A stretch of DNA of 64,000 bases from Mobula hypostoma (taxonomy: Eukaryota). Position 1 is the first letter of the stretch. Each line of letters begins with the position of its first letter. Location: contig NC_086107.1 of the NCBI RefSeq assembly GCF_963921235.1, forward strand, positions 96,784,001-96,848,000. The letters run 5' to 3'. Below the pieces are notes generated by a model. It had not been told where the DNA came from. It ran no database searches and saw only the letters and a program-made list of their open reading frames with translations. Made by a program: the position numbers and the translations under genes. Of this stretch, positions 37,967-51,010 are shown one piece after another.

Positions 37967-38787
37967 TAATGTTCCCTCTAAGGTGTGCCCACGTGCGTGC
38001 ACACATATCTTTTGCTGCTAACGCACAGAGAAATTAAAACTTCCACTTTTTGGCAACTTAAACTGTGCCCAAAAAGTTGTCACCCTTGACATTGTTGGCA
38101 CGTTAAGTATATTTTACAACTGTACACAATCACGTTTCCTTTTATGGTTTCTGATGTGGACGGTGTTTGCAACGTGGAGATGGTGATGATTTGTCTGCAG
38201 ATTTTAGAACCAGTTTATTTATTCTGTTTTTATTGAAGAAATTATTGATTCACTATGTCGAATTCCAAAGAAGCAAAGGACATGAAGTATAAAAGAATGG
38301 CTAGTTCATTTACAGTGGAATGGCTTAATGAAACAGTAGAAACTGCTTCACCGAAAGCTCATGAGGTCAGGAAAGTGCAGCTACGAGAAATATTTATGTA
38401 CAATCCAGAAACTGGTGTTACCTGTGTGTATTGTCGCGATGCCAAAGTTGCTGGAGAATTTGCAAGTGGGGTGATATTTGTAATTTGACTTTTTAAAGCG
38501 TCATTTTGCAAGCAAATCACACATGGACAAGCAAGAGCTCCAGTGAGAAAATCCTTCATTACCCGCTAAAGGCCTGCCACGTACGTTTTGTGAGAGTGCA
38601 GATGAACGAGAGTGAAAACCATCAAATCCAGAGGAGATCAAAGTTCTTATTGATAGTGATTTGCCAGCTGTTAAAATGAATACCTTTAGATGTAAAATTC
38701 AGTGTGCACATGTTGTCACTGGGCAAAAAAATTGCACAACACAAGTCTTTTGTGCACACTGGACATTACAAATTAGAGGGAACATTG
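37967..38787 (+). mobile_element. Deleted hAT (Tip100/ZNF862-like) element
   Basis: TIRs aatgttccctctaa / ttagagggaacatt; 8-bp TSD gattacat / gattatat; ORF 38255..38488 has F..EWL...CVYC, followed by LKRH, resembling a TTF-type zinc finger. Confidence 0.8.
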
Positions 38788-40806
38788 GATTATATGTAGC
38801 TTAAGTATTTTACAAGGATATAGTATATTCTCCTGTTACTTTATCAGGGATTACAAGATTCATACTTAGACTGTGCTGTTCAAGATGATAAGAATCAATG
38901 CACACAAAATACTGGAGCGACTCAGCAGGTCAGAACTGATGATGGAACTCTGCTCTAAATGTCAACTGTTCATTTCCTTCCGTAGATGCTGTTGGCCTGC
39001 TGAGCCCCTCCAGCATTTTGTGTGTGTGTGTTGATCCCAATTTCCAGCATCTGCAGAATCTCTTGTGTTGTGATCGTGTGGATTCTGAGCTTAAACAGCC
39101 TTGGAGAGGACTGCAGCCTGAGCTGGATTGCAGAATGGCAAGTGAGCTTTGACTTCAACACTTTCTCTCCGTGACCACGTGGGTTTCCTCTGGGTGCTCT
39201 GGTTTCCTCCCACAGTCCAAAGACATACCGGTTGGTAGCTTAATTGGTCAATGTAAAATTGCCCTGTGGTTAGGTTCGGGTTAAATCAGCGGTTGCTTGG
39301 CGGTGCTGTTTGAAGGGCTGGTTGGCCTATTCCTCGCTGTATCCCAATAAATAAATAAATGAATTTTCGGACATGAGCAGCATGTATATATTTGGGAAGG
39401 GAATTGAAAAGTTGGGAGTCTGATCTTCAGTGATAACAGGACACTGGTGACATGTCATCTGTAGCTCTGTACACAGGAGTTAGCGTCTTCATTCAAGGAA
39501 GGCCGAGGGCAGACCTGGTAGAAGTTCATAAAATCGTGAGAGTATTTTCAAATACCCAGGGGCAGCATTTAATGTGAGAGGGGCAAAGTTCCGAGGGGGT
39601 GTACGGGGCAGGTTTTTTTTACACAGAGGGTGCCTGAGAAGCACTGCTGGAGGTAGTGATGGAGACAGACATGATAGAGGCTCTTAGAGAGGCACGTGGA
39701 TATGCAGAGAATGGAGGGATATGGACCATGAACAGGCACAAACTAATTAAGTGCCATTAGCTTAATTTGTTTAGTACAACATCATTCCTGTGCTGTACTG
39801 CTCTGTGTTCGTTTTTCTATGAATCAGAATCAGGTTTAATTTCACCAGCATATGTTGTGAAATTTATTGACTTTGTGACAGCAGTACAATTCAAAACACA
39901 ATAATAGAAAAATATGTGAATTAAACTAAATATATATTAAATAGTTACATTAAATACATAGTACAAAAGTAGAAATTTTAAAAAAGTAGTGAGGTAGTGT
40001 TCATGGGTTCAATGTCCATTCAGAGATCGGATGGCAGAGGAGAAGAAACTATCCCTGAACCATGTTAACTGCCCCGAGAAGGTTTACTACTAATACCTGC
40101 AATGGGTGGGTTGTTCCACATGGAAGGATTGGACAGGCTGAGCTTGTATCTGCTGGAGTTTAGAAGGATGAGGGGGAACTTATTTGAATGGTACAGATCC
40201 TGAGGGGTTTTGATGGGGTGTACGTGGAGGGAATGCTCCCTCTTCTGGGAGAATTTCGAACTGGGGGCGACTGTTTAAAACAAGAGATTGCCATTTGAGT
40301 GCAAACACTTTCCCTCACGGATTCCTTTGAGCTCACTTCCGCCAGGGGCGGTAAAAGCAGAGATTTTATGTACAAGGCAGAAGCGGTGGGGTGGGGGTGG
40401 GGGAGGGGAAGCGTGTGGGTGGGAAGGCCACCACATGTCGCCGAGCCTGATGGGTCACGTTGTTGTAAAATGGTGGAGCAGGTTTGAGGGGCTGAGTGGC
40501 CCGCTCCTGACTGGATTGTGTGAATGGAGAGCGGAGAGGAATGCACAGGGTGAGGGACAACAGGGCGGTACTTTCAGACCTTAAGCAAAGGAGGGAAGAA
40601 CTCAAGCATGGTAACAATCAGATGGAGGAAGACATGAGAGCAAGGGAGGATTATTGCTGTTTGGTGTCCTGTCCTACAAGATTGGTGCAGTGGACATTTG
40701 GAGATACCAAAGGGCCCCGACGGATGGGTTTAGACTTACTTCTTACACTGGAGCATAGATAATTAGCCCTTCACTGCCTTAAACAGGAGGACATCATTGG
40801 CCTAAC

Positions 40807-42259
40807 CTTCAGGAGAAGTTCTTCTCTTTGGTACCAACGTAATTCCAAAACTGTGTGATGTTTCTTGCTTCCTTTCTTGCCGCTGGTCCCAGTTCTCTGA
40901 ACTCAAAGGACCCGAGCTTGCTGGCAGACGCTGCTCTCTGAAGACCAAGACATCTCTGAAGCCTCCCCTCTGCATCCTTCTTCTGATCTTTCTGAACTGA
41001 ACCGGTGCCGAGAGTTCGCCTTCTTGCTCGGCGTGGTTCGCCCTCGGCGGCTGGCTGTCCGTCGGAGGAGGTGAGAGCTGCTCTCCAAACCATGCCCCTT
41101 GCTCACTGTGAGGGAACCCAGCATCTCGAGTGGGGATGAGGCTCCTACACTCGAAAACACTTCCAGCATCCTTGCTTAATGATCCGCGGAGATTTGCTGG
41201 TGTCCCTCCGTCCCTCGACGCACCTTTGGGACTGGGACTGTGGCTCGTGATTTCTTTGGCTGGGATGAGACCACACTGGCCTAACCTGACACGGTAAGTG
41301 ACTTGTGGCTTCTTCTCATCACGAGGTGGCTCGCCCTCACCCAAATCCCGTGAATATCGTGCGCCTGTCCTCTGTGGGATGCTCTGGGGTTTAGTTTTGT
41401 GACTGGGGTCAATACCAGAGTAGACCGGCCCCAGACTCTCACTGTCTGTGGGAGGTTCTGGTCTACGCTGCACTGTGGCGGGGAGCTGGGCACAGAGCCG
41501 CCCAAAGTCCACCCGGGAGCGAGAACTGAAGCATTCCGAGCCTGGAGATGAAGCTGGGGTAAAACCCGAGGCCTTTATAGGCCGATCGTGCTGGGAGTTC
41601 TGCGTATGTGGTCCTGAGCCAACAGCTGATTGTACAGAGCAAAGGTCTGAGTGAGGGTTTGGATTCGCCTGTCCTGCTGAGCTGCGGCTCAACAGGACTG
41701 CGGCTTTCTCGAGGAGCCGGTCCAAGTCAGCCTTTTGTCTTTGTGCTTCTGCGATGGTGATCTCCTTGTGCATGGTGACGATCTCTCCCATCTGGCTAGG
41801 CTGCTTGTTCATGCACCTTTCTCCGGTAACATCCTGCGTGGGAGCCGGTGAGCTGCTGAAATCTGCATTAGACTGATCAACTTTGGTGCCTTTGACCACC
41901 CAGCCGGGACGTGGGCTGCTGGGTACACTGGGGCCCGGACCCCGTCCTGGCAAATCCCCTGCTACCTTGGATCGAGCCGAAAGTTGCCGATGTGGCCCGG
42001 GGGCAGGGTCTTGGCTCCTGTTCTCCAGCAGGTTGTCCGAGCACTGTGAGAAGGAATCGATGGTGATCTTCCGCTTCAGGATAGGAGTCAGGATCTGCTG
42101 CCTGGCCCCCTGGTCAAGGCGGGGCTGACCCTGGAGCAGGTTGTGTGATGGGCGTCCTTCTCCATGCTTCTGGGGCTCCTGAGACAGTAGTGGGCTCAGC
42201 GGTGGCTTCCTTGTGACGCGTGCCGTAAAACCAAACTGCTTCTCCATTTCTGACACCAT
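40807..42259 (-). CDS. SEPTIN3: Candidate long-isoform N-terminal exon of Septin-3 (484 aa, Pro/Ser/Gly/Arg-rich); exon begins at 42268
   Basis: By far the longest ORF in the window. Acceptor tttgtcttacag| lies 9 nt before the ATG with an in-frame TGA just upstream. It ends CCTGAAG|gttagg, a phase-1 donor in frame with exon 21598. Confidence 0.75.
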
Positions 42260-42449
42260 TCACCCTCTCTGTAAGACAAACCAGACATCACAGACCGTGA
42301 ATACCCAGCTTTCAAACCCAACCCAGCACGGGACTTTTACAGTAAAAATGCAGATCGCAGGATTCATATCATTCCTAGCAAAACAACTTCACTTATGTAC
42401 CTGGAAAATATCTTTTAATTATTATCCTGGCAGGTGCTGTTTCATTGGC

Positions 42450-42755
42450 TCTTCGCTCAGCTCGGGAACGTCTGGACAGTGAAGAAGTCAGAACCCTCTT
42501 CATTGACTACAGCTCCACATTCAATGCCTTCTTCCCCTCAAAACTAATCAACAACCTTCAAGTCCTGGGCCTTAATACTTCATTGTACAGCTGGATCCTC
42601 GATTTCCTCACTTGCAGACTCCAGGCAGTTCAGATTGGCAACAGCATCTCCTCCACTATCTCCCTCAGCACAGGTGCACCACAGGGCTGTGTGCTTAGCC
42701 CCTGCTCTACTCACTCTACATTACAACTGTGAGCTAAGCACAGCTCCAATATCAT
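42450..42755 (+). mobile_element. Rex1/Babar-like reverse transcriptase fragment
   Basis: [10 protein letters not shown]...WILDFLT.R.Q.V.IG...[12 protein letters not shown] in ORF 42445..42732. Confidence 0.8.
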
Positions 42756-42804
42756 AATTGTTTGCCTATTTATTATTATTATTACTTGTATTACTTGAAG
42801 TTCC

Positions 42805-43380
42805 TATAGCCGGGGCTGGCAATTGCAACAAGCTCCCACTACCTATTAAATGCTCCCCAATGGTGTGCACCTCAAATAGCCTCTGACAACCAAGTTCAGC
42901 TCCCGGCCTTCACTTGTGGCTTAGCTACTAAGCCCGGCGGAACCGTTTCTACTGACAGGAGGAGGGCCAAAGCCGGGCTACTGGTGCCTTAAAATCAGTC
43001 ATTTCGATAGGGCTCGTCAGCCGTGGTTGGCAGCTCATCTAAGAGAAGGAAAACTCTGATCTCAAACCCCCGCTGCCTGGTGGCTCTACCCACTCATGGG
43101 GAAGGCTTCGGGAGTAAACCCTGGGGGAAAAACCTGGAGCTGGAGTCTCTAAGGCAGTCCTATGTTGAGTTCGATGTTGACTGACAGCTCCTGCAATGCT
43201 GCTGGTGCCAAACTGTATCGGTCTCTGCCGTTCCTTTGGATTCATCAGATGTTTGGAGAGAGGGAGTTGCTACGTGGGCAACAGCTTGCTCTCCGTATCA
43301 TACTGCCCCGGCTTGCGTATCTAGACAACTCGGACTCAATATCCATGGTCAACTCTGATTAACGGTGGCCAAGAAGAAGA
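42805..43380 (+). mobile_element. RTE-related short interspersed repeat; second copy at about 62290-62870
   Basis: The two copies share aagctcccactaccta...gacaaccaagt...aggaaaactctgatctcaaa...ggtgccaaactg. Confidence 0.6.
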
Positions 43381-43649
43381 AAATGAAGAAATTATTACTA
43401 CTTCTTTTTCTCTTTCTTCTTGTATTTGCATAGTTTGTTGTTTTAGTTGCACTTCGATTGTTGTTTGTCCTGTCGGGTGTAGTCTTCCTTTGGTTCTATT
43501 GTGTTTCTTGTATTTACTGTGATTGCCCATATTAAAGTGAATCTCAGGGTTGTATATGGTGACATATATGTACTTTATAACAAATTCACCTTGTACTTTG
43601 TACTTTTTACTTTTTAAGCTAATATCTGCCTGAGGCTGGAAAACCAGGA

Positions 43650-45130
43650 ACTCAGCAGATCAGGCTGCGTCTATTGAGGGAAATGAACAGACCATGTTTC
43701 ATGCTCAGACTCTTCATCAAGACTGCGAAGGAAGGGGAAAAAGGCCAGAATAAGAAAAGTGTAGGGGGAGGGGGAGGACCACCAAGCAGATAGGTGAATC
43801 CAGGTGAGATGGGCAAGGCAGGTTGGGAGAGGGGGTTGAGAAAAAGGAATGATATGAGAAGTTGGAACGTGATAGGTGAGGAAAGCAAAGGGTTGAAGAA
43901 GAAGGATCCTGATAGGAGAGGACATTAGACCCACAGAATAAGGGAAGAAGGCGAGGAATCAGAAGGAGGAGGTGAAGGTGATGGGTGGGCAGGTCATGAG
44001 GGTGTGTGAGAGGAAAGAGAAGGGTTAAAGCAGGAGTCCACAGACCCCTTGGTTAATGGTAGGGGTCCATGGTATAAAAAAGGTTGGAACCCTTGGCTTA
44101 ATGGGACCACAGGGACAAGGGAAAACAGAATGGACTGGTTAAGGGAGTCAGTGATATTGATGTTGTTGACATCAGGTTGGAGACTACCAAGAGAAAACAT
44201 GATGTGTTGCTTCTCCAATCCGCATCTGGCCTCAACGTGGTGGTAGAGAAGGCCATGGACAATGTGGCGGTAGAGCAGGCCATGGACAACATGGTGGTAG
44301 AGAGGCCATGGACAACGTGGTGGTAGAGAAGGCCATGGACAACGTGGTGGTAGAGAAGGCCATGGACAACGTGGCGGTAGAGAAGGTCATGGACATCATG
44401 GTGGTAGAGAGGCCATGGACATCATGGTGGTAGAGAGGCCATGAACAACGTGGTGGTAGACAAGGCCATGGACAACATGGCGGTAGAGAAGGCCATGGAC
44501 AACAATGCAGTAGAGAAGGCCATGGATATCATGGTGGTAGAGAGGCCATGGACAACATGGTGGTAGAGAAGGCCATGGACAACGTGACGGTAGAGAAGGC
44601 CATGGACAACAGTGCAGCAGAGAAGGTCATGGACAATGTGGCGGTAGAGAAGGCCATGGACAACATGGCGGTAGAGAGGCCATGGACAACGTGGCGGTAG
44701 AGAAGGCCGTGGACAAAGTGGCGGTAGAGAGGCCATGGACAACGTGGCGGTAGAGAAGGCCATGAACAATGGGTGGTAGAGAAGGCCATGGACAATGTGG
44801 CGGTAGAGAGGCCATGGACAACGTGGTGGTAGAGAAGGCCATGGACAAAGTGGCGGTAGAGAGGCCATGGACAACGTGGTGGTAGAGAAGGCCATGGACA
44901 ACGTGGTGGTAGAGAAGGCCATGAACAACGGGTAGTAGAGAAGGTCATGGACAATGTGGTGGTAGAAAAGGCCATGGACAACGTGGCGGTAGAGAAGCCA
45001 TGGACAAAGTGGCAGTAGAGAAGGCCATGGACAGCGTAGTGGTAGAGAGGCCATGGACAACATGGCGGTAGAGAAGACCACAGATAAACAGCATTCCATG
45101 GACTGACATTGGACAGTTTGGGAATAGGGT
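43650..45130 (-). mobile_element. Penelope 3' fragment interrupted by a minisatellite
   Basis: Minus strand reads LEKQHIMFSLGSLQPDVNNI (44150-44218), then a pyrimidine tract and decayed pLTR; the upstream MSVHG piece lies at about 45095-45130. Confidence 0.7.
44235..45080. repeat. 27-bp (some 26-bp) minisatellite, about 31 copies
   Basis: Unit gccatggacaacgtggtggtagagaag; the ORF track shows a 9-aa period (MAFSTTTLS). Confidence 0.95.
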
Positions 45131-45449
45131 CACCCTGCTTCCCCTCAAGATGATTTTGTTAATGATTTGCAGAATGAGCTGGTAATCTTCAATCAGGACT
45201 GTAATCCTAGATGCAACCTTGCTACGTTCCTTCTGAGAATTACAGCTCCAAGAAGCTTGCGGTCGTACCACTGCCGGGGGTGGGGGACACAGTGGGGCAG
45301 TTGGTAGAGCATGGCCTCACAGCTCCAGTCTCCCTGGTTCTACCCTGACCTCTGGTGCTGTCTATGTGGAGTCTGCATGTTCTCCCTGTTCAAAGCTCAA
45401 AGTAAACTCATTATCAAAGTATGCATATATTACCATATACTACCTTGAG

Positions 45450-45652
45450 CAATATTCCCTCTAATTTTTTTTTAACAGCTCACAGACCAACCATTGCTGT
45501 GGGGAGGAAATTTTTACATGGCCTGAAAAGTACACTACACTTTAAATGATACTTTATAAAAGAAACTGCATGGCAACAAAGGCTATGTGCACGGGGACAT
45601 TTCAGTTACTGCTCTTACTGCCGCGCACCCTCACAGCTTAAAGGGAACAGTG
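45450..45652. mobile_element. Short hAT-type MITE related to 37967-38787
   Basis: Ends caatattccctctaa / ttaaagggaacagtg; TSD not clean. Confidence 0.5.
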
Positions 45653-46037
45653 ACACTGTGATCCATTTTCTTGCAGGCATTTACAAGAAAAAAGAAATAA
45701 TAGAATTTTACAAAAAAACAGACAAAGACTGACAAATGCCAATGTGTAAAAGAAGGCAAACTGTGAAAATCAGATGAATATTGAGTACTGTGGCCATGTA
45801 GGTTCCTCTCACGTGCTCTGCTTTCCTCCCGCACCCACACTGCTGACCCGTTGGAATTGAATGACTGTCTGGCGTAGGAGTGTCAGATGGATCGGAGGGG
45901 AACTTGATGGACCTGTGAGAGACAGGAAGTTCCAGGGCTCCTGGCAGCCCTGGAGAAGTGATGGGACTTTTATAGAGCCACAGGTGTACAGCACAGAAAT
46001 GTGAACTTTGGTCCAACTCAGTAGCGATGCCTATATA

Positions 46038-46659
46038 CCAGGGGTGATTGATAAGTTTGTAGCCTAAGATAGAAGGAGTCAATTTTAGAAAACCTAGCAC
46101 ATTTATATTTCCTACATCTACACACTTAATCCAACGGTCGTGGAGCATACGGATCCCTTCTTTGTAGAAGTTGGCGTCTTGGACGTCTAGAAAGTGGTCC
46201 ACAGCAGGAGTGATTGATAGTTCATGGCCTAAAGTAGAAGGAGATGAGGATAAACTTCAAACTTTCTGCATTATCACTCAAAGAGTTGAACTGCACGTGC
46301 ATGTAACGAGAGCTGTATAACTCATCTCTTTCTACCTTCAGCCACAAACTTATCAATCACCCCTGCTGTAGACCACCTGGAGGTCCAAGATGCTCTCGTT
46401 ACATGCACGTGCAGTTCAGCTCTTTGAGTGATAATGCAGAAAGTTTGAAGTTAATAACTCATCTCCTTCTACCGTAGGCCACGAACTTCTCAGTCATCCC
46501 TGCTGTGGAGCACTTCTACAAAGAAGGGATCCGTATGTTCCACGACCACTGGACTAAGTGTGTACATGTAGGAGGGGACTATGTTGAAAAATAAATGTGC
46601 TAGGTTTTCTAAAATTGACTCCTTCTACCTTAGGCCACGAACTTATCAATCACCCCTCT
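46038..46659. mobile_element. Mariner-derived palindromic MITE
   Basis: TA flanks; long inverted ends aggggtgattgataagtt...ctagcacatttat; mariner C-terminal remnant FYKEGIRMLHDRWIKCV in both arms; internal inverted repeat at about 46250-46313 / 46392-46452. Confidence 0.85.
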
Positions 46660-49600
46660 TACAGTGATCCCATTTGCCAACCAGTATCCCCCTGAACATA
46701 TCCCACCCACGCACCTGTCCAAATATGTTTTAAATTAGAATCATGAAATCATTAAAAAGTACAGGACAGAAACAGGCCCTTCGGCCCATCGAGTCCACTT
46801 CGAGCCATTTAAACAGCCTACTCCTATTGACCTGCTCTGGGCATAGCCCTCCAGACCCCTGCCATCCATGTACCTATCCAAATTCTTTAACTGCATTGAC
46901 TTTTGCCTCTGGCAGCTCATTCCAGATACCCGCCAACCTCTGTGTGAAAACTTACCCCTCATGTCCCCTTTAAATTTCCACCCTCTCACCAGAAAAGCCA
47001 AGCACAACTCGACTAATGTTATTGATTACACCACCAAGTCCTTACAACAGAAAAAGAGACCATTTAAAACCCACAAAGGCCCCTGACTCTTATCCCCCAC
47101 TGACTGCCACTAATGATCCCGTAAAGCCTCTCCCCCCTCCCCACCATCACATTCCACCCCTCGCCTACACAGAAGGGGCAATTTACAACAGGCAGTTTAA
47201 CCTGGCAACCCGCACGTCTCTGTTCCGCGAGACATGACAACGCAGCGAAGCCCAGGTGGGGAGAACACTGAGCTTGGAGGTAGTCAGAGATCTCAGTGAG
47301 GACAAAATGTGCAGTGTGTGTGTTGCCCTTTTAAGCAGCATGGCTTTAGGGGGACATGGGTTAAACAAATCTGCTTATTCTGAGTGGCAATACAATTGCC
47401 AATTTTCAGGATGATGATATTGAAAATCACAAGCTGGCGGATGTAATCTGAGGGTCCTTTGCAACGGGGAGGACAAAGACCCTGGCGATTAACGAGAAGG
47501 TGAATTTTCCTCCAGGGTCTGAGGCACCCAGGAATGTTGCATCCAGTTTTCAATAACTTGGCACCTTATTTTAAAAAGTTGTGTGAACAACTTTCTACCC
47601 GCTTACTTAATCCCCATCACTCCTATTGGGGTGTGGACCACCAACAGGAGTTCACCAGAGTCCTCTGTCCTGGGCCAGTCATTCACGTTGACCTAGGTGT
47701 AGCCCATCTCCTTGCCGGATCCTTCCTCTCCTAGGGATGAGGTCTTTGGAACTTCTGTTGGCATTTCCGTAGCTTCGGCTTTTACAGGATGGGGTTGCGA
47801 GCCCTATGCCCAACCCTCCTCCTTTTGCAGCTGGGTTTGAGGCCGTCGCTGGTGGAGCGGGAGAGCTTTCTACCCAGTGGCTAACGTTATCACCTCATCT
47901 CCTCCGATGGTGCAGCAGCCCCTCGGTGCAGCACCCGAGTGTCAGCAGAACACAACCAGCTCGAGGCGTGCAGTAGGCTGAGCAGCATCTGCAGGAGGAA
48001 AGGAATCCTCGATGTTTCAGGCCCTGATGTGGAGTTTCAACCTAAAACATCAGTGATCCCGTTTCTTCAAAGATGCTGCTCGGCCTGCCGAGATTCTCCA
48101 GCAGATTGTGTGTTGCTTCAGACTCCAGCGTCTGTGGTCTCTTTTCTCCAGAGTGTCCACAGATCTTTTACCCTGGATTAAAGCAGCCTCTGAGTCAAAG
48201 ACAGGGAAGGGAGACACCCAGCCTTGTTATCTGTCCCTCTGACAAAGAACACGATTTAGCATCAAAACTGCTTTAATTAGTTAAATCCCAAGCAGCATTT
48301 GATCTCAGCTGGAAATCAACACTCTCCTACTCTCTCTGGAGAATCCGAGAGCTTCCTAGTTGTAAAGTCCATATAAAGATACCACAGCATCACCTACCTG
48401 CTATTTAACGCGAAGCGTTGGTAGTCAGGCAGTTGACCTCATTTTGGGTCTCTCAGAACCTTTGTTGCCCTGGTGTATCCAGAATGATAAAGCCCCACCG
48501 AGCCGACTGCCCCTTACACACGGCTGAGAGGCTTTTCCTTTCCAGTGTGGAGTAGCCTGATCCTCTTCATGCTTCCCCGAGCTGAGGCAGCAGAATGTTG
48601 GCCTGCACGTTGCGAGCCCACGTACAGCTCGCAACCCTGCACTAATTACCATAAATTTCCACACAAGTGGGGCCTTTGTAGTTCCATCCTCTCACAGCAT
48701 TCCTCCTTGTTTTTTTTCCCCTCCTTCCGCCCCAATAGGAGTGGCCTGTTGTAAATCTCTGAGTGGCAACTCATGGTTCCCTCGTTTTCGAGGGGACACT
48801 TGTCCGCGTGGTCCCGCCAGCACTAGATGTGGAATCTCGTATCCCGTGCCCCGTTGTATCCATGGTAGCTAAAACTGGGCTTGGCCTGCAACCCTCCGCG
48901 TTACTGTTGTTCACCTAATAATCCGGTGGCTGAGGGGCTGCTGCCTCCACCTCCCTTCCTAGCAGAGAGAATCAGACCCTCAGAAAACACTGAGTAAGAA
49001 CATAGACCATTGAACCTTTGGCCCACGATCTTGTGCTATTCTTTTAACCTACTCCTTCTTCAATCTAACCCTTCCCTCCTTCATAGCCTATTACCTTCCA
49101 CTTCCTTTCATCCATGTGCCCATCTAAGTCTCTTGTATGTCCCTAATGTATCAGCCTCTGCCGTCACCCTTGAAGTGCACTTCAGGCACTTCCCACTCTC
49201 TGTGTAAAAGAAAACCTACCTCTGACATCTGCACTGAACTTTCCTCCACCCACTTTAAAAGGATCTCCTCTGGTATTGGCCGTTACAGCCCTGGGAAAGA
49301 GGCATTGACTACTGTCAACTCGATTTATAATCTTATACACCTCTGTGAAGTCACCTGCCACCTTCCTTCATTCCAAAGAGAAGAGCCCTCGCTTGCTTAA
49401 TCTTTCCTCATAAGACATGATCTCCAATCCAGGCAACATCTTGGTTAATCTCCTCTGCATCTTCCAAATAACCTTTTCATAATCTTCTGCCTTCCACTGA
49501 GGCTCTCTCTGTGTGAGGAATTAGGCTTCTTTTCTCCGACCTGTCATCCAGGTGGGGCTTCATTCCATCTCCCTTGTTCCAAAGGAAACAATCACGGGCA

Positions 49601-49869
49601 AACCACGCTTCAATGGCTTGCCCAGACACTGCTGCTCACATCAAGGCCATTCCTATTCAACCAAGGAAAGCATCACAGCACTGAAACAGCTACCAGAGAC
49701 ACAATGGACTGAATGGCATTCTTTTGCTGAGGTATTTTATGGCCCTTTGGGCACATGAATTTTTCAGCTGGTTTGAGGTATGAAGGATGGTGCTGGTGAT
49801 GGTCCACAGCAGGCACTTGGTCTGAAACTAATCCAGCTCTAATTAACCCGAACATAACTCCCTCCTCCT

Positions 49870-51010
49870 AGTTCCTCATAGAGTCATACAGCATGGAACC
49901 ACACCCTTCGGCCTAAATCGTCCATGTCAATGTGTTCTCCAGTGAGATCGGCCCAAGTTTGGTCCAGTGCCCTCTGAACTTTGCCCTTCTATGTAGAAAG
50001 ATATCGAGATGTATTTTAAACGTTGCTAATTTTCCCACCTCAACCACTGTTTCCATCAGCTCGTCCCAAATAAGCACCACCCTTAGTGTGAAGAAGCTGA
50101 CCCTGATAACCCTCTTAAACCTCTTGCACTGATCTTAAATCCATGCCTTCTTGCTTTTAGTACACCTCCCTGGGAAGAAGACTGTATGCTTTCTCCCTGT
50201 CGTACCCCTCATGATTTTATATACCTCTGCTCATTCACCCCTCAATCTCCAACGTTAGGAATAGAGTCCCAGTCTACGCAACATTTCATTGTAACTCGGG
50301 CCTCCAAGCCCAGGCAATACCCTGGTAAATCTTTGCTGCCCTCTTTCTCTCTATATAAAGAAATATGACTGTGTTTCACAAAAACCCTTCTCACCTGCTC
50401 AGTAGTGAAGACTGGGGGTGGGGGTGGTGGTATAAGGAAGTGACCACAGTACTCCAAGTGCTGCCTCACCAACATCTTACATAACTGCATCATAACTTCC
50501 CCACTCCTCTACTGATTCCCCTGACTCATGAAGACCAGCATGCCACGCGTCTTCTTCACCATCCTGTCTACTTGTGCTGCTGCTTTCAGCGAACTATGCA
50601 CTTAAAGATTGGTTTCATGTGTCGCATGTAGATCGAAACGTTGAAACATGTAGTGAAATGTGTCGCTTGCATCAAATCAAATCAGTGAGGACCGTGCTGG
50701 GCAGCCCGCAGGAGTCACCATTCTACTTGTGCTTCTATAGCATGCCCTCAGCTTGCACTCTGAGGTCCCGCTCCCCAGGGCTCTTTGTTTCACTGTCTAG
50801 CTCCTATTGTGGAGTGAGCTCCCAAAATGCAATACCTCACATTGATCTGGATTGAAATTCATTTGTCAATCCTCAGCCCACACTTCAAGCTGATCTAGGT
50901 TCCCCTGTAATTCTTCATAACCTTCTAAACCATCTACAACACAACCCAAAGTCAACATCGCCCAAAGTTATTAACCGTACCTCGTGCTTTCACATCCAAA
51001 TCATTTACAT
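49870..51010 (-). mobile_element. Degenerate CR1 fragments
   Basis: MQLCKMLVRQHLEYC and the 3' tail catagagtcatacagcatgga. Confidence 0.6.

Noticed and set aside
44235..45099. Possible CRISPR array, or repeat-protein ORFs 44422..45099 and 44529..44981
   Set aside because: Head-to-tail units with no unique spacers and no cas genes, in eukaryotic context; the ORFs are by-products of a stop-free 27-bp unit.
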